From contig JAQGDQ010000123.1 in assembly GCA_030141605.1 (NCBI GenBank), positions 515,717 to 579,716 on the forward strand: a DNA stretch of 64,000 nucleotides. Reading direction: 5' to 3'. A model generated the notes under the pieces. That model was not told the DNA's origin. It ran no database searches and saw only the letters and a list, made by a program, of their open reading frames with translations. Both the position numbers and the translations under genes were made by a program. Shown piece after piece: positions 12,901-26,900 of this stretch (position 1 is its first letter; each line of letters begins with the position of its first letter). Origin of the DNA: Tubiluchus corallicola (taxonomy: Eukaryota; Animalia; Priapulida).

Positions 12901-15900
12901 CAAAAAGTTCTGTGTATGTGGTCATTCTATTGATGTACAATCAGTGATCATCGTTTATTATAAGGGTGGGAATTTCGAATAATTTATTCTTCGAAGATTC
13001 GAGGAAAACATTTTTGAATAATCGAATGTTCGCCCCTGAGATATTTGACCTCGGTAGTCCACTCATGGAAATAGACAAACGCAAAATACAGGGCAGCAGT
13101 TACTGTACCACTGTAGATGTTAACAGATGAACTGATATGATAAATTATGCATACCACACTCTTATCTGGATTGAACTGTGGTGTTAATTACTGCAATATC
13201 ACTGCATTACTTAGGGCTGTACATGATTGAATATAGGGCTTGTTGATTTTTTAATAACTTGTTTTTGCATAATAAACATTTTACTGTGTTTGAATGGGAC
13301 TTTTTCGAAATGTTCCCATACCGAGTTCTGCTGTTTGTTGTCATATGGACAATTAAATATATATCCAACTTCCCAGTGAATTAGTATTGCCCAGGCAATG
13401 AGCTGACATTGGTGTAATTGTTTTTCGGCTGTATGGGAGCAAAGACAGCAGATTCTTTTCATCGGGACAATGATGTTCGCTTAGTGCCAAGGTTTTTGTC
13501 TCCGCAAATGTGTGGGTGGTATTCAATATGTGGTCAATGCAGTGTGTAGCAGAATTGGATAGTATTTTATTTGAAGCTTCAAATTATCGTTATTTGTGTA
13601 CACCCCTAGTTTATTATTCGTTCAAAACAAGCTCTGAGAAGTGGTTACAGTCCCATTGACTACAGGTTGATACTCGAGGTATATTCATGGCTTTCAGAAG
13701 CTACTTACTGCCGACAACTGAATTTAGAAATGACAATGTCTTAGATATTGCCCTGTATCAATCTTTAAAAAACCTGAACACTAATTTATTTACATATGAT
13801 TAACGTTTTTCTTCGTGTAGGTATAGATATGTGCCTAGATTTACTGCGGATGATGGAGGATCATTATCCAGAGACTTTGTACAAACTAAATGTTGTAAAT
13901 GGTAAGTGTAGCTACCTGACTCTAACCATAGATATTAAACACATTGTGTTTTGTACTTAATTTGTAGTGTAAGTTTTGTCTTTGCTTTTACATATCATCG
14001 TATAACGTGTTTTCTAAACTAGTAAAGTAATACTCGATTTACACCATTTAGAAAATTAGTTTGTACCTAGACTTATTGTTCTGAATTAGTTTATACCTAG
14101 ACCTATTGTTCTGAACTAGTCTGTACCTAGACCTATTGTTCTGAATTAATCTGTACCTAGACCTATTGCTCTGAATTAATCTGTACTTAGATCTATTGTT
14201 CTGAATTAATCTGTACTTAGACCTGTTGTTCTGAATTAATCTGTACCTAGACCTATTGTTTTGAATTAATCTGTACCTAGACCTATTATTCTGAATTGGT
14301 CTGTACTTAGACCTATTGTTCTGAATTAGTCTGTACCTAGGCCTATTGTTCTGAATTAGTCTGTACTTAGACCTATTGTTCTGAATTAGTCTGTACTTAG
14401 ACCTATTGTTCTGAATTAGTCTGTACTTAGACCTATTGTTCTGAATTGGTCTGTACTTGGACCTATTGTTCTGAATTAGTCTGTACCTAGGCCTATTGTT
14501 CTGAATTAGTCTGTACTTAGACCTATTGTTCTGAATTAGTCAGTACTTAGACCTATTGTTCTGAATTAGTCTGTGTCTAGACCTATTGTTCAGAATTAGC
14601 CTGTGCCTAAACCTATTGTTCTGAATTAGTCTGTGCCTAGACCTATTGCAGTTAAATGGTAAAGTTACAGATCTGGCTATTTTCTGCATTGTTTTTGTTT
14701 AATAACTGTAAACAGGGATCATGAGACAATTCTCTTTACACTATCTAATTTTGAATTAGTGTAGTTGCTGGACTAGAATGAGTAGTGTAAATAAAAATTT
14801 TCACGAAGTACTATTTTGTTTTACAGCACCAAAGATTTTTCCTATTGCCTATGCTATTGTGAAGCCATTTCTAACACAGCACACACGAAATAAAATTCGA
14901 ATACATAGCGGTAAGAAGTCTATAAATATGTAACAGAGGCTGGAAGATAATTTTGACTATATGATTGTTTAAAGTGTAAATATGAAATATGTAATTAATG
15001 TAATTACTGTATAAAGCTTTATTTAGTTAATTTGACTGGAGAGCAAACTGCTATTACAATTTGTGCAGAATAATAAAATAAGTTTAATTTCAAAGACTTA
15101 TATGTTTTTTGGATTTCCTTAATTTTAACTAAAGAAGTCATTTTTTCAGATTAGATTACAAACTAATTGCTGAGAGAATCAGTCATTAATGTTAAGATGC
15201 TTAATCATTTCGTGTAATAGAAAATTATTTAAAAATTCTGAAAATTAGGCATGCTCACTAATTGTGGCCAAACATTTTGTGTGTTTGGCTTGTGGCAGAT
15301 GACAGTTGGTTGTTCTTTAACAAGACAGTGCTGTTGGTTAGTCAGCTCCAACATAGCAGTTTTAGTTGATGAAATCAAGTTATTGTTAAACTCATACAGT
15401 CTTACCTCATTATAATGCCAACCTCGCTTAATGCTCATATTTTCAGCAAAACAAAATGTCTATATTTGTGCAGATGTAAGTATTAATACACCTTGTTATA
15501 ATGCCAAATTCACTTAATGCCAACTTTTTTGCAGTCCCAAATTGGGCAGTAAGAGGAGGTTTGATTATATTATGGAACACTTTAATTTTTCAGATAACTG
15601 GCAACAGCTAATACTTGATGATATAGCAATGGAAGAGGTTCCAGTGTTCTTTGGTGGTCAGAACAGAGGTCCAGATGGTGATCCCAAGTGTTCTCATCTT
15701 GTATGCAGCACTTGTTTGTTTGTTTATTTTTCTTCTTTAAATTAAAGATCACAGTCAAACCTTAACAGCCTGGTCTTCATTAATATTTGTTGCCGTAACT
15801 TAAATGCAACGGTGGGTGGCTGCAGTATATTGTATCATATTCTGTACTGGACTGCAACGTTATAGACAAAAGTTTGGAGTACTTTTTGTTAACTCTAGAT

Positions 15901-18900
15901 TGCCTGTAATTTAGAGAGAGAAAATGTCTATGTTTTGCAAGTTACTCTTAACAGTACAAAGAAGAGATTTCTTACTAGCCAGTATGTCCCACGTAAACAG
16001 ATAATTTGCATGCTATCATATTTTGTACTGGACAGCAACGGTCTAGACAAAAATTTGGAGTAGTTTTTGTTAACTCTAAATTTTTATTATTAAAAAAAAG
16101 AGAAAATGTCTCTATGTTTCTTAATAGCACCAAAAGAGAACAACTGCTGCTGAGAGATTCCATGTAATCAAAGAATTTACCCTCCATTTGTGGGATATAC
16201 TAGTTATTCTCAGTGCTGTTAAAGAGTGTAAAAATTCTTGTTGCTGTTTAATGTGAATATGAATGATCAAGTCCGATCCGCCGGCAGGTTGATAATGTTA
16301 GTATAATATAATGTATGCAGATTAGTGAGAATATTTTGACTATGAGAAACCAATATGTCATTCAAGAGCTGAACATAATTGCACATTTGTTTGTTGATAA
16401 TTATTTAAGAATAAATTTGCATTTTGGGTGCCTTGTGGTTTTGCTCAGTGTTCTGATTGGCTGTATTAGAGGTTTCATTTTGATGAATTTGTTCATCAGT
16501 GAATTCAGTTAATGAAACCGTTAAGTCAAGGTTGCTTTTCGTTGATATGTTTACCGTATATACTCGCATATAAGCCTACATCGCATATAAGCCGACCCCC
16601 TAACACTGCTTTAAAATGGCCAGTTTTTGCAAAAACCCGTATATAAGCCGACCATCAACTTGTCTAATTTGACTCCATACCCAATCAACAAAATTCATCC
16701 CTTTTTGTCACATTTTGTTACATTTTCTTTTTTCTCCAGGCATGGTGTATTGCACAAATAATTTTACAACTAAAATTATCAAAATTCAGCACACTTTTAA
16801 ATTCTGTGGCCGCGTGCTCACGTTTGCCTCATTGGTTTGCTGTTCCTCTATAAGCCACGTGACCCTCGTCTCCCCACGCGCTGCCTACCAATTGGCTGAT
16901 GACGTCGGCTTGGTTACGGCTCGCAACTGGTGACACACAGTGGTGTATTGCTAAATAAAAAGTAGGTGGACGGCTAGTCTCAAGACTTACCATTTTACAT
17001 TCACAAATTTGAAAGAAATTGACATTATTTAAAACCGTTTTTTGAAAAAATGAAAACAAGTAGATTTAATATTAAACCTGTATACATTTTTAATGTTTTT
17101 TATCTAATGAATACAAAAAGCAGACATTTATTGAATTGTGAATTTTTTCTAAAAAAAAAAGTGGGTGGACGGCGATCCCCCACGATCCCCCTCCAATACA
17201 CCACTGGTGACACACAACCAAATAAAGAGTCAGATAGCGATGAAAATGTGTGGCTGGAAAATTGGCATTAGTGTCTGTCCTTGTGTTCATTTTGTTTCAT
17301 GTGCATATAAGCCGACCCCCTGATTTCAGTATTGTATTTTACAGTTCTAAATTCGGCTTATATGCGAGTATATACGGTATGTTTCGCTTTTTATTTGTCA
17401 AAACAGTTAAATCATTTCAACTGCAAGGTTTGTTTTACTTAATAATTTGTATACTTTTCAATTAATTTTTCATATACACTAAGTGCCTTATTAATTGTGG
17501 TGTTTCTTTTGCAATATTTCAGATTTGTTATGGAGGGGAAATCCCAAAAAGCTATTACCTTCAAAACAACAAAGAAGCTATAGATAAGACTAAGATGGAC
17601 ATGGCTGTTGTGAACAAGAGGGCAAATTTTTATGTTGAACATCATGTAGGAAAGGCAGGGTCCATAATCAGGTAATGAATGACGGACTTTAAGTAGATTT
17701 CTGATTTTCTAGTAAAACAGCAAATCGTGTTTTCAAATAAAATTGAAAGAGCCCTGTTGACAAAAAGAATGTCCGAAATAAGGAAGGTGTCATTGTAGAT
17801 TTTTATACTCATCCTTCCCATTATTTAAAGAATTTATGCATATTATCAGCCATAGTGACAAAATTTCTGCAGAGTAAAGTGGTCTTTTCTTTCTACCAAT
17901 TAGCAATCTGTTCTAGTCCTATATTTCCACATTTCTCTATGTCATGTTATGTCTGCAAACAAAAACTCTCAAATATATGCATTTTTGTACCCAAATTAAG
18001 TTAAATTGCTTGGAGAAGTATTCTGAGAAAATTTTGTCTGCAAAAATATAACAGTGTTGTACTGTTTGACTAATAATATTTTATATTTTGTCCTGACATG
18101 TAGGTAAGTTTATAATCAAGGGCGGATACTGGCTTTTGAAAAATGGTGGGCCCAACAAAAGGCAGTTAATGGGTCTGGGGAAGCATTGTAATATTCAGCA
18201 ATATAGTGGTATACAGTGTACATGGTGTACTTAAATTTCATGTGTTTTGAAAAGTAGAACTCTTGTGATATAGGATTTTTATAGGTATTAAATTTTAGTA
18301 AAGCCACTGCTAGGATTTAGCAAATCGTTCTAATGCTTATAATCCAGAGAAAATATTTATTTGATGTGTTGTAAGTGCTACTGTGAAAGGGGAGCAGGTT
18401 TCTTAGACCCATCCTCTAAATCTGCAACTGATAATCCATAACCTGATCCTGAAAGGTATGGCTAGGTAGTTGCTAATTGTCTCTAAGCAGCCCTAATCAG
18501 AAAACATTATAACTGCAAATGTTAAACATTTGGTGGGTTTTCTGTGTTTTAAATATTTAGTATAACTGATTTGTTATAATTGTTTAGGTTAACGCTTCTA
18601 GTGGACCAAGTCATTTTCTTTAAAAGAGATGCACAGATAGATCTTGTTTTGATGTCTCACCAGCTTTGCTTATCACTAGTATATCTGTATTAACAAAAAG
18701 CAGGCAACCTTATAGATTTTTTTATAATGCTGTCACACTGATCTGTTTGCAATAATTAAAACTGTCGATGTCTAAAATAAGCACTGTAAAGTAGCTTTGG
18801 TTGAGCCATCGTTCTTCATGGGTATTGGCCATTTATAAACGTCTTTGTTTCCTACTACAAGTTAATTTTGGTTTGTTTGCAGGTGGGAGTTCATCACAGA

Positions 18901-20319
18901 CGAAAATGACATTGGCTTTGGCTTGTACCTGAAAACGGATGGCACTCCCATTGAAAAACTCAAACCGTCTGATTTAACGAATGTGCGAAGCTTGCAGCGG
19001 TGTAACTGCCATCTAGTGCCAGAGACAGGAAGTTTCATTGCAGAAGTTCCAGGCATATGTAAGTATATGATTATGCATTTGTGCAGCCCATCTTAGTTTT
19101 TTTAGCAAACACTATTGTTAGCCAGTTTCTGGATGAGTTAGTGCTTGTCACATAGTTCTTCTAGTTAGTTGAAAAGCATCTTTAATGTTATTTATAGAAC
19201 AGAAGAACAGAGGACAGAGATGCTTATCTATGCAGTGACAAGTAGGAGTGAGCATCGAATGTTCGAGTTTGAACATTCAAATCAAATTCGAACGAGTTTT
19301 TTTAGTTTGAATTCGATTCGAATGTAAAACTATAGATTCCAATATTCAGCACTTCAATCACATACATTCTTTATCATTAAAGTGATTGAAACATCATGCA
19401 ATTAGCATAATTCAGCTGTGATTTCTGTGCACAATTTTAAACAAATTATTAGTGTTTTTTCAAATTCGATTCTATAGATTCGAATATTCATCACTTCAAT
19501 CACATACATTTTTTATCATTAAAATGATCGAAACATCATGCAATTAGCATAATTTAGCTGTGATTTCTGTGCACAATTTCAAACAAATTATTAGTGGTTT
19601 TACTGCAGAACAAAATCGAGTAATATGTATGATCCTTGTAAGACTATTTTACTGGTGATTCGAAAACTTGTTTGAAAATCTTTCAATTTGAATTTGAATT
19701 TGAAATACTGAAGCTCGTTTCGATTCGAATTTGCTTTCTGGCAGAGAATGCTCACCCCTAATGACAAGGTCGTTCAACCCTGTAGGGGATGTTAGTAGAT
19801 CTGGTATTTCAGAAAATTATTTCAATGGTAGTCTAGTCCTCGTCTGGAGCTTAGACTACAAAATGATCTAATTAAATTTCAAAGAGTAAGCTCTTTACAG
19901 ACAGTAATTTAACATAAAAGTTACAAGGCATGAACAGAGTGAATTTTTTCAGACTGATTTTTTTTCATCAGTTATTTGACAATTATGCATTAAAAATTGA
20001 TATATAATTAAGCTATTTGCGCAATCGATGATTAGATTGCTCTAACTGTTGCTGTATGCGACTTTCCAGATATGGAAGAAAGCTGTTTTTTTGTTTAAAA
20101 TGCTGAAGAACAATTGGAAGCATATTGTTATAGTACTTTACAGCAAATGAATATTGCAGGTATTCTGTTTCGTGCAGCAAGCCACACTTGTAAAATTTCT
20201 TAGCGGAGTTTATTGTATTGTTTTTAGATGTCACGTTATTCGACAATTCGTACAGTTGGACAAAGAACAAAACACTATGGTATAAGGTTGATGTTCTTTC
20301 GCCTGATGATCGCTTGTAA
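3918..20319 (+). CDS. SEC14L2: SEC14-like protein 2 family lipid-binding protein (CRAL-TRIO_N + CRAL-TRIO + GOLD), 394 aa, 13 coding exons: 3918-3971, 8228-8297, 8730-8773, 9339-9401, 11700-11790, 12358-12452, 12793-12871, 13821-13901, 14827-14910, 15594-15700, 17523-17671, 18883-19058, 20228-20319
   Basis: Exons join in frame through GT-AG introns (1185 nt including TAA). Motifs: MSGYFGDLSPTQ, DDYYYLRWLRARDF, GEDREGHPV, VVFDLENL, EDHYPETL, VNAPKIFPIAYAIVKPFL, PVFFGG..GPDGDPKC, WEFITDENDIGFG and FDNSYSW, all typical of the SEC14L2/3/4 family. The symbol denotes the family, not one-to-one orthology. Confidence 0.93.
7700..8035 (+). mobile_element. Decayed 3' end of a non-LTR retrotransposon (LINE) ORF2 in SEC14L intron 1
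   Basis: With frameshifts it reads QLRMGYSKLN/YHLHKIG..SSLCECG......EHFLSECVLYSNQRDILL.../FIDSTERL, the C-terminal CCHC knuckle region typical of LINE ORF2 proteins. Confidence 0.7.
12084..12115. repeat. (TGAA)n microsatellite
   Basis: About 8 imperfect TGAA units. Confidence 0.8.
12961..13608. mobile_element. Non-autonomous hAT-type element (MITE)
   Basis: Termini TAAGGGTG...CACCCCTA, a perfect 8-bp target-site duplication GTTTATTA (12953-12960 and 13609-13616), and subterminal TTCGAA motifs. Confidence 0.8.
14051..14648. repeat. 30-bp minisatellite, about 20 copies, consensus AGACCTATTGTTCTGAATTAGTCTGTAC(C/T)T
   Basis: Directly visible head-to-tail units with a few substitutions each and no unique spacers; in SEC14L intron 8. 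Confidence 0.95.
15397..15567. mobile_element. Short Tc1/mariner-pogo-like MITE; a related copy lies at about 9835-9975
   Basis: TA|CAGTCTTACCTC...GAGGTTTGATTA|TA degenerate termini. The internal sequence (GCCAA.CTCGCTTAA...AGCAAAACAAAAT...ATGCCAACTTTTTT..AGTCCCAAAT) recurs near 9840-9972. Confidence 0.55.
16554..17377. mobile_element. Tc1/mariner-pogo superfamily MITE (824 bp)
   Basis: Perfect 23-bp TIR CCGTATATACTCGCATATAAGCC / GGCTTATATGCGAGTATATACGG, TA target duplication on both sides, repeated subterminal TATAAGCCGACC motifs. Confidence 0.9.
18117..18430. mobile_element. Degenerate hAT-like MITE
   Basis: Ends CAAGGGCGGATA...AAATCTGCAACTG resemble the CAGGGGCGGAT...ATCCGCCCCTG terminal type; no clean TSD. 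Confidence 0.35.
19243..19760. mobile_element. hAT-type MITE with an internal tandem duplication of about 140 bp
   Basis: Termini TAGGAGTGAGCAT...ATGCTCACCCCTA; 8-bp TSD GTGACAAG/ATGACAAG (7/8); TTCGAA-rich subtermini; 19330-19460 repeated at 19471-19600. Confidence 0.8.
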
Positions 20320-20491
20320 AGTCTGTTCATTGTCGAGTCTTCCAGACACTTTCAGGCTTCGAGTAACAGGTATAAAGATTTGCAAAGGATATGAATTTTT
20401 GCATTAACCAAAGACCATTGCTTGTCTTTATGGCAAGTGTCACTGTGGTATGGTTGTATACATACAGGGCAGTAGCGTGACAAAGTTATTA

Positions 20492-20771
20492 CAGTAAAGT
20501 CTCAGTTAACCAGACTGATAGTCAATTATGGCAAATAACTGATTCTTGGCTAATTTGCCATAGTTATAAATCACACTACATTTATTTGTTGCATTGTATG
20601 TAGGGTTAATTGGAAATGATGAATGTTTGAAGTATTCAGGTTTTAAGGGTCAAAAACTTCGAAAAGCAGTGCTTGACCATGTATTTAAACACAAGGTATA
20701 AAACGTGCTACAAATAAAACACGAACTCGTTCGTTTGGTTAATAAGTGTTCGAGTAATTGAGATTCTACTG
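20492..20771. mobile_element. Tc1/mariner-pogo-like MITE just downstream of the SEC14L stop codon (probable 3' UTR)
   Basis: TA|CAGTAAAGTCTCAGTTA...TAATTGAGATTCTACTG|TA: imperfect TIR with TA duplication. Confidence 0.65.
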
Positions 20772-23700
20772 TAAGTGCAAGATGAGCGGCAAAACAATAG
20801 GTAAAACATCTTCAGTCTTTCCTTTAAGATGGAAAATGGTTGACATTATATTAGATACAATGTGCAATATAAAAGCATGATTATAGCATTATTTAAGGTT
20901 ATTTTAGCAAAATAAACTTGTTTTACAACATGAGGAATTACTATACTTAATTTTTAGATGTTATATTACTTGGAGTGATAGCTTTGAGGCTTTCCAACTG
21001 CATAACTACTTGCAGATCGTTTTAAGCAATATTATTTAACTTGATGCTGATTTTGTTATATTTAATATTTTATGTTTTAAGTGCATTTGCTTATAACTTT
21101 GTTAATTGTTAAAGTACAGTCTAAGCTTACTTGCTATTAGTTCATTGATTATGCACCCAGAAAAGTTGTGGTGTATTGATAAGGTTGGCAGTAAGACAAG
21201 ATGTGAATGTAATTGCTGTTGCACAAAAGCTTTTTGTTCAACCAGTGCATATTGAATACTATGCAACAATAATGGTAGTCAGTAATTTGTTCATATAATT
21301 TTAAATATTTACCTCACTGAGGTCATGTAATTTATTCTAGAAGCATTGTAGGTACTATAGGTGGTTACTTTGCCATTGTTAATGTTGTATTTGTTAGTCT
21401 GTAGCACACTGGTTGTAATTGTCATTAGAGATGTATTATTAGGTGTTATTTTTTAATTTTATAGTGATTTTGTTAGTCACAAAAGCCAAAGAGTTAATGC
21501 AGTTCTTGCAGCAATGCCAAATTCTTGCCCTCGTTAGTAGTCTATTTTGTGCATTTAGGTGTTTTAGTGATACATGTGTCCATTATGATTTATTAAGTTA
21601 TAATTTGTTTGTGATTACTAATGTCTGAGTATATTGTTACGTGTTAAGGCTGAAAAGTTGTTTAAGTCATAATTATTATAAAATTACGTTTGGCCTAGTC
21701 ACCTTGCCATTATGCAGAGGTAAAACACTTTTGTTCTTTTGGTTTATGATTTCATTTAGAAGCTTTTGCTTGGTATTCCTAAATTTATTTTTGCTTAGTG
21801 ATATTATACATTTTTGCAAGTTTTCTTTTTTTACTTTTGACTGTATTATGATTGCAAATGCTTAATTGGCCCTGACAATTGATGCTAGTGTTGCTATTGC
21901 ACTTTATTTTCTCTATTTTTCGCAGCATTTGTAATAGCTAAAGTTTGCCAAGTATTCCATTCCATATATTGTATGCCCAGCCAACATTTATCTCAATACT
22001 ATAGCTTGAGCAATAAGTGATTGGCTGAACTTTAATTTGCACAATTAGTTGCGAGAATTTGTGAATCATTTAGTGTATTGTTTTTGTAGCCATCTGTAAT
22101 TACGCTGAGAATTTTTTTTGTCGAGCATGTATAAATTGCACACATTTTCAAAAACTCTTTATTCTCTTTCAAGCTCAACTCATTTTCGATTAAACAGCAG
22201 ATAAGTTACTTATGTGTGTTTGTGAACATACTAACATGGTTTTTCATTTTTTTAGTTTTAAGTATGTCATAGCCTTCAGAATTTGATGTATAATCACAAT
22301 TTGACATACTAGTAATTATTCAGACTGGTTTTAAACATCATTCATGGAGCCTTTCTATAAGGTATCTTTAACAACGAGTATGCTTAGACATATATGTAAT
22401 GAATTATTACTTTTATTGGCCTCAGTTTTTCATTACTTTACATTTACTATTATTCCTAAATTCCTAGCATTCATTTTGTTTAATTTGTGATTTGACTGTT
22501 TGGTAGGTATTATAAACTATGCTTATAATGTCTGTCATTTTCAGTATCATATTTTATTGGCATGAATGTATTACTATGATAATTTACTGTCTGTGGACTG
22601 ATGAATTAATAACAACTGTTAACATCACTAATCATACGTGAAAAAAAAAATAAATGATTTAATTTAGTTTATTGATCTAGTCATAGTCGTTTTAATACGA
22701 GTTTTTTTTGTTTAGATGTTATTAAAATTATTATGTGATTAAGTGTTAAATTATCCTAAGTTGCCTACTAATTGTATTGATGTTGTTTGTAATTAAAAGT
22801 AATAACTGTGTATAAATAGTTGGTGTTTATAATCTTGATTTTGCATTACATGTATGTTGTTAGCAATTAGAAATTTTTCACTATGTGGCAATAATCATGA
22901 AGTCATGGATAACCTTGTCAAATTTTCATTGTTATATAATTTAGTTGTTTAGCAGGTGATGTGCAATATACATTTTCGTGTTTCAAGTTTATTGGTGTGC
23001 AGTTTTGCATTAATTATATTGTTGATACAGTTAGAAATTCTACATTGTGGAATAGTCAGTAATTGTAGATAGTACTGTTAGATTTTCATTATAGTAAATG
23101 CACAGAACTTTTTTTAGCAAGGGATAGTTATTGATACGTTTAAAGTTCATAGATTTGCATTTATCATGTGCTAATGTGATGAGACTCGTTAGTTATAATT
23201 TTTAATGGTTATTCATTTCATCTGAATAATCTGTGATTGAAATATATTTGATTTGTTTGTTGGGCTATGGCCAGTTCTCGTAAATTTGTTCATAACGGGT
23301 AATCAGTGTTGTTATGTTTTATGCTTTGTTATTATTATTTGTTTTGATTTGTTGATTTGATGACCATTCCAACATAAAATCACAAAGATTTGTGCTTTCA
23401 TTAAGATTTTACTTGTAAGCACGTTTTGGCATTCCAGAAATGAATTCACTGAACACACTAGATAAATGAGTTATTGCAGTTTTATTTTGGCTGTTTTTTT
23501 CATTGGAAATGCATTAAAAATTAGCATTGCAATGGACAAGTAATGATTATTAGATAGTACATAAAGTGATAATTAACTTGTAGAAAAAATATAGATATTT
23601 TAAGTATATGAAAGAAAGACTTGAAGTTGATTAGTTTGTAAGTCATTCTTAAACAGTACAATAGTTTACTGCAGAGATATACAATAAACAAGTATGAGTA

Positions 23701-23951
23701 AATAGACAACTGTCTGTAACATTTTTCAGCATGTTGATACACGTATGTACAACTACTCCATTCAGTTATTCAATCGGCTGGAGGTATGAGGTTCAAACAT
23801 ATGTTAAATTATGAGGTTCAGACATACTTACAATTGAAAATATTGTTTCAGTCCACATCTTAAGCACATCTGTTGCTACTATATATCGTGTACATAGAAT
23901 CATGGTGCACAGAACCTCATTTGCCACATGCTGTGAATCGGTGTGGACTAA

Positions 23952-26900
23952 TTATGTTGTTGGCTTGTTGACTTTATAGGAGAAGACAAAGCTGACTGCA
24001 TTGCCAACAGCTTGCAAATGGCTGCCCTGTAATTAGTTGCAAATAATAGTAACTTATACGTATAACTTTTTTAGTGAAATTAGAAAGACTCGTAGATTAC
24101 TTTCGTCGAGATAATATTAATAATTTTAATACGATTGATGCTATTATATTGCTTATGGTGAACACAGCCAGGCATTTTATAGTAGCTAATTCTGTAAGTG
24201 GTATTTACTCTGCTTTGGCATTTAAGATCTGTTTTTATTTAATTTAAATGAGAAGTATCGTTCATTAAAATACTGGACAGCTGAATTGGGACTTGGGAGA
24301 CAAAAAGAAAAAAATGCTTAAAGTCAAATTTTGTGATCTCACCAATTTATGGTAAAGCAGTAGGGGCAGATGTTAAAGGAAAACCAGTTCTTGAATTAAC
24401 AAAATTTATTGCATTTTAATATACACTGAGAAGTACTGAATTCACCGCACAATATATGCACATAAGATGCCTTGCTTAAAAATGCAAAATAATTTTTTAT
24501 GTTCCGCCAAACGAACCTCGCTGAGGACAAACACAAAAAATGATGTAAGCTGGTAAGTAACAGGAAAGCACGCTTTTCATCAAATAGCAAAAAATGGTAT
24601 TATTAATATCTACTATTATCGTGGGTAACTGATTTTATTATATAGTGGGCAATAAAGATTCATCAAACAGCAAAAAAATGGTATTATTAATCTCTCGTTT
24701 TATGTTTTGGACTGCTTCTAAGTAATATAACAGCAAATGCAGCTGCAAAAAAGTTTGCTGAAGCACCTGGCAGGATAGGTGTTTATACTGAACGGCAACC
24801 ATATGACGTCATTTTTCATTCAAAATGAGCACCCCAAGTGTGAAATTATCATGACTTTAAATTGACTTTACTAATTGCACCAGGCTTTAAACTGAACGGC
24901 AACCATATAACGTCATTTTTCATTCAAAATGAGCACCCCAAGTGTGAAATTATCATGACTTTAAATTGACTTTACTAATTGCACCAGGCGCCTGTAAACT
25001 AAAGCTGAAGTTACTGCTGAAACTTTCTTAACATTTTCCCCCCAAATGTTAAAATAAGTTCAACTTCCTAAAAGTCCTGATTTTTCCTTTAATGTATCCA
25101 GCATGACGCAAACAGGGCACTTTTTTTATTTTTTCGATAAGTTTTTAACCACTGATAAATTTAATGTGTGAAGCTTAAGAACGCGTCCGCCAGAAGACCA
25201 TGCAAATTCGAAAAATTCCGGCACAAGGTTAGGTAAACCGATTCAGACCAAAGTTCGGGTATGAGGTCCACTAGTCACTAGTATTCACTATGTGAATCTG
25301 CTTGGTCCAACTCCTCATAGTAGCAGAGGTACGACATAGGCCGATTTTCATGAAAAAGTGCCTATTTTTCTCTATTTTTTTACACATATTTGAAGGATTA
25401 ACCATGCAACAACCACTGAGTTTGAATAAATCTGACTCTGCACAGTATTGGGTCTTGTTATCTTCTCCAAAATGACTTTTCGACTTTTGTCCCAAACCCC
25501 CCTCTTTCAGCTCGCATTACGCACAAGATGCAAATACTCCGTCATTTCAAAGTCTTATATCTTACCCACTGCGGGGGCGGGAACAAAAATATCGATATGT
25601 ATGTGAACAGAGCATCCCATCCCACTATGTTGCAGTGACAATTTCGATGGAGCGAATTTCCACCCTATTGTAAATGACCCTTGAAAGAGGCATGTATCAG
25701 GGTGAAAATATAGGTAACAACGTTCATCAAAAAGCTTCGTGTAGGTAACATGAGTTGTCAAATCCTGTCAAAATACTTCAAAACGTCATAAATATTCATC
25801 TTTGGCAACTAGGGGCCTGGACAGCACATTGGTTAAACTACCGACAGGACTGGACTCTAGCATTCAAGATGGCGGCCACTGCTGGACTAAAATGTTCGTT
25901 TTCTGGGCTGTTTACCAGCGTTAAATGCGGTATTCTGACTAGTTATCCGCACAAAACGAATATTGCGAATCTGTTAGCCTGTACTAAAGACACTGGAGCG
26001 CATTTAGAGCGCTTCCATCTTCAAAAAATGAAATATCTACGGAATGGAAATTGCTTCTTGCAGGGACTGGAAAATGTTTTATGTACTGTTTATTTTCTAT
26101 GCTTTGTAAATGTTATGTACAGGTTATTGCCTAGTTATTACTCATTGTCTTACGTAGGCGTACAAGCCAGGACACAAAGAAAATTGCCATAAATCTGAGC
26201 GAATGCCCAAAAAGTAGGGGACAGATGGTTACCCACCTCTGGTCTCATTGACCTACAGTTATCTCATCTCTTTGTTGCAGGATGCCATTATGCAATATTG
26301 AAAGGGTCGGTTAGTTGCACAAAGTTACCCTACCTACATCTGTATATTAAGTCACTAGAGTTTCTGTGCTAAATTAAACTTTCACTTGCACTGGCCTTTA
26401 AAAGCTTTTATCGATAAATTAACTTTTACCAAATAAAATTTACAGTAAATAATATTAATTGCTGTAAAAACATCGTTACAATAAAACTTTAATTCTCACT
26501 TGAAGAACGCAGTTCTGTATTGGTCCTTTGTAATGCTCCCACTCCATCAGTTGATCCATAGATAAGTGTTTGGCTTTCACATTCATAGGTACCATACTGT
26601 CAATTTTGGAAGATGAAATGGCACCACATAGTTGGTCACACACGCAGTTCAGCAAGTCATGTGTAGCACAGGTTTCACTTTTCACCAGAGTAAATAAATC
26701 CTGCGAACAATTTGTCATAACATAAAGACAGATAGGAAAATCCTATTAATAAAATACCATTAGGCATTGTTGTGGCAAGAAATTTTTAATAAAAAAGGAA
26801 ATAAAAATAAATTTCATCAATAATGCAAGTATTTACACATTACCTTGTGCATTACCACATTTGTTTATGGTGTTGATGCTGCAAACCAGCATATCGCACA

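Noticed and set aside
14051-14648. 30-bp repeat array as a CRISPR array
   Set aside because: Units are head-to-tail with no unique spacers, there are no cas genes, and the context is a eukaryotic intron.
14051-14648. 30-bp minisatellite as the binding target of the giant zinc-finger array (10 fingers = ABCD+ABC+ABC)
   Set aside because: Only a numerical coincidence. The module order is irregular and the unit shows no clear 9/12-bp sub-periodicity; it cannot be supported without binding predictions.
25755-26192. 145-aa ORF and YY1-like CAAGATGGCGGC at about 25865 as a hidden gene or promoter
   Set aside because: Non-ATG start and no recognisable domain; the surrounding sequence looks repeat-derived.
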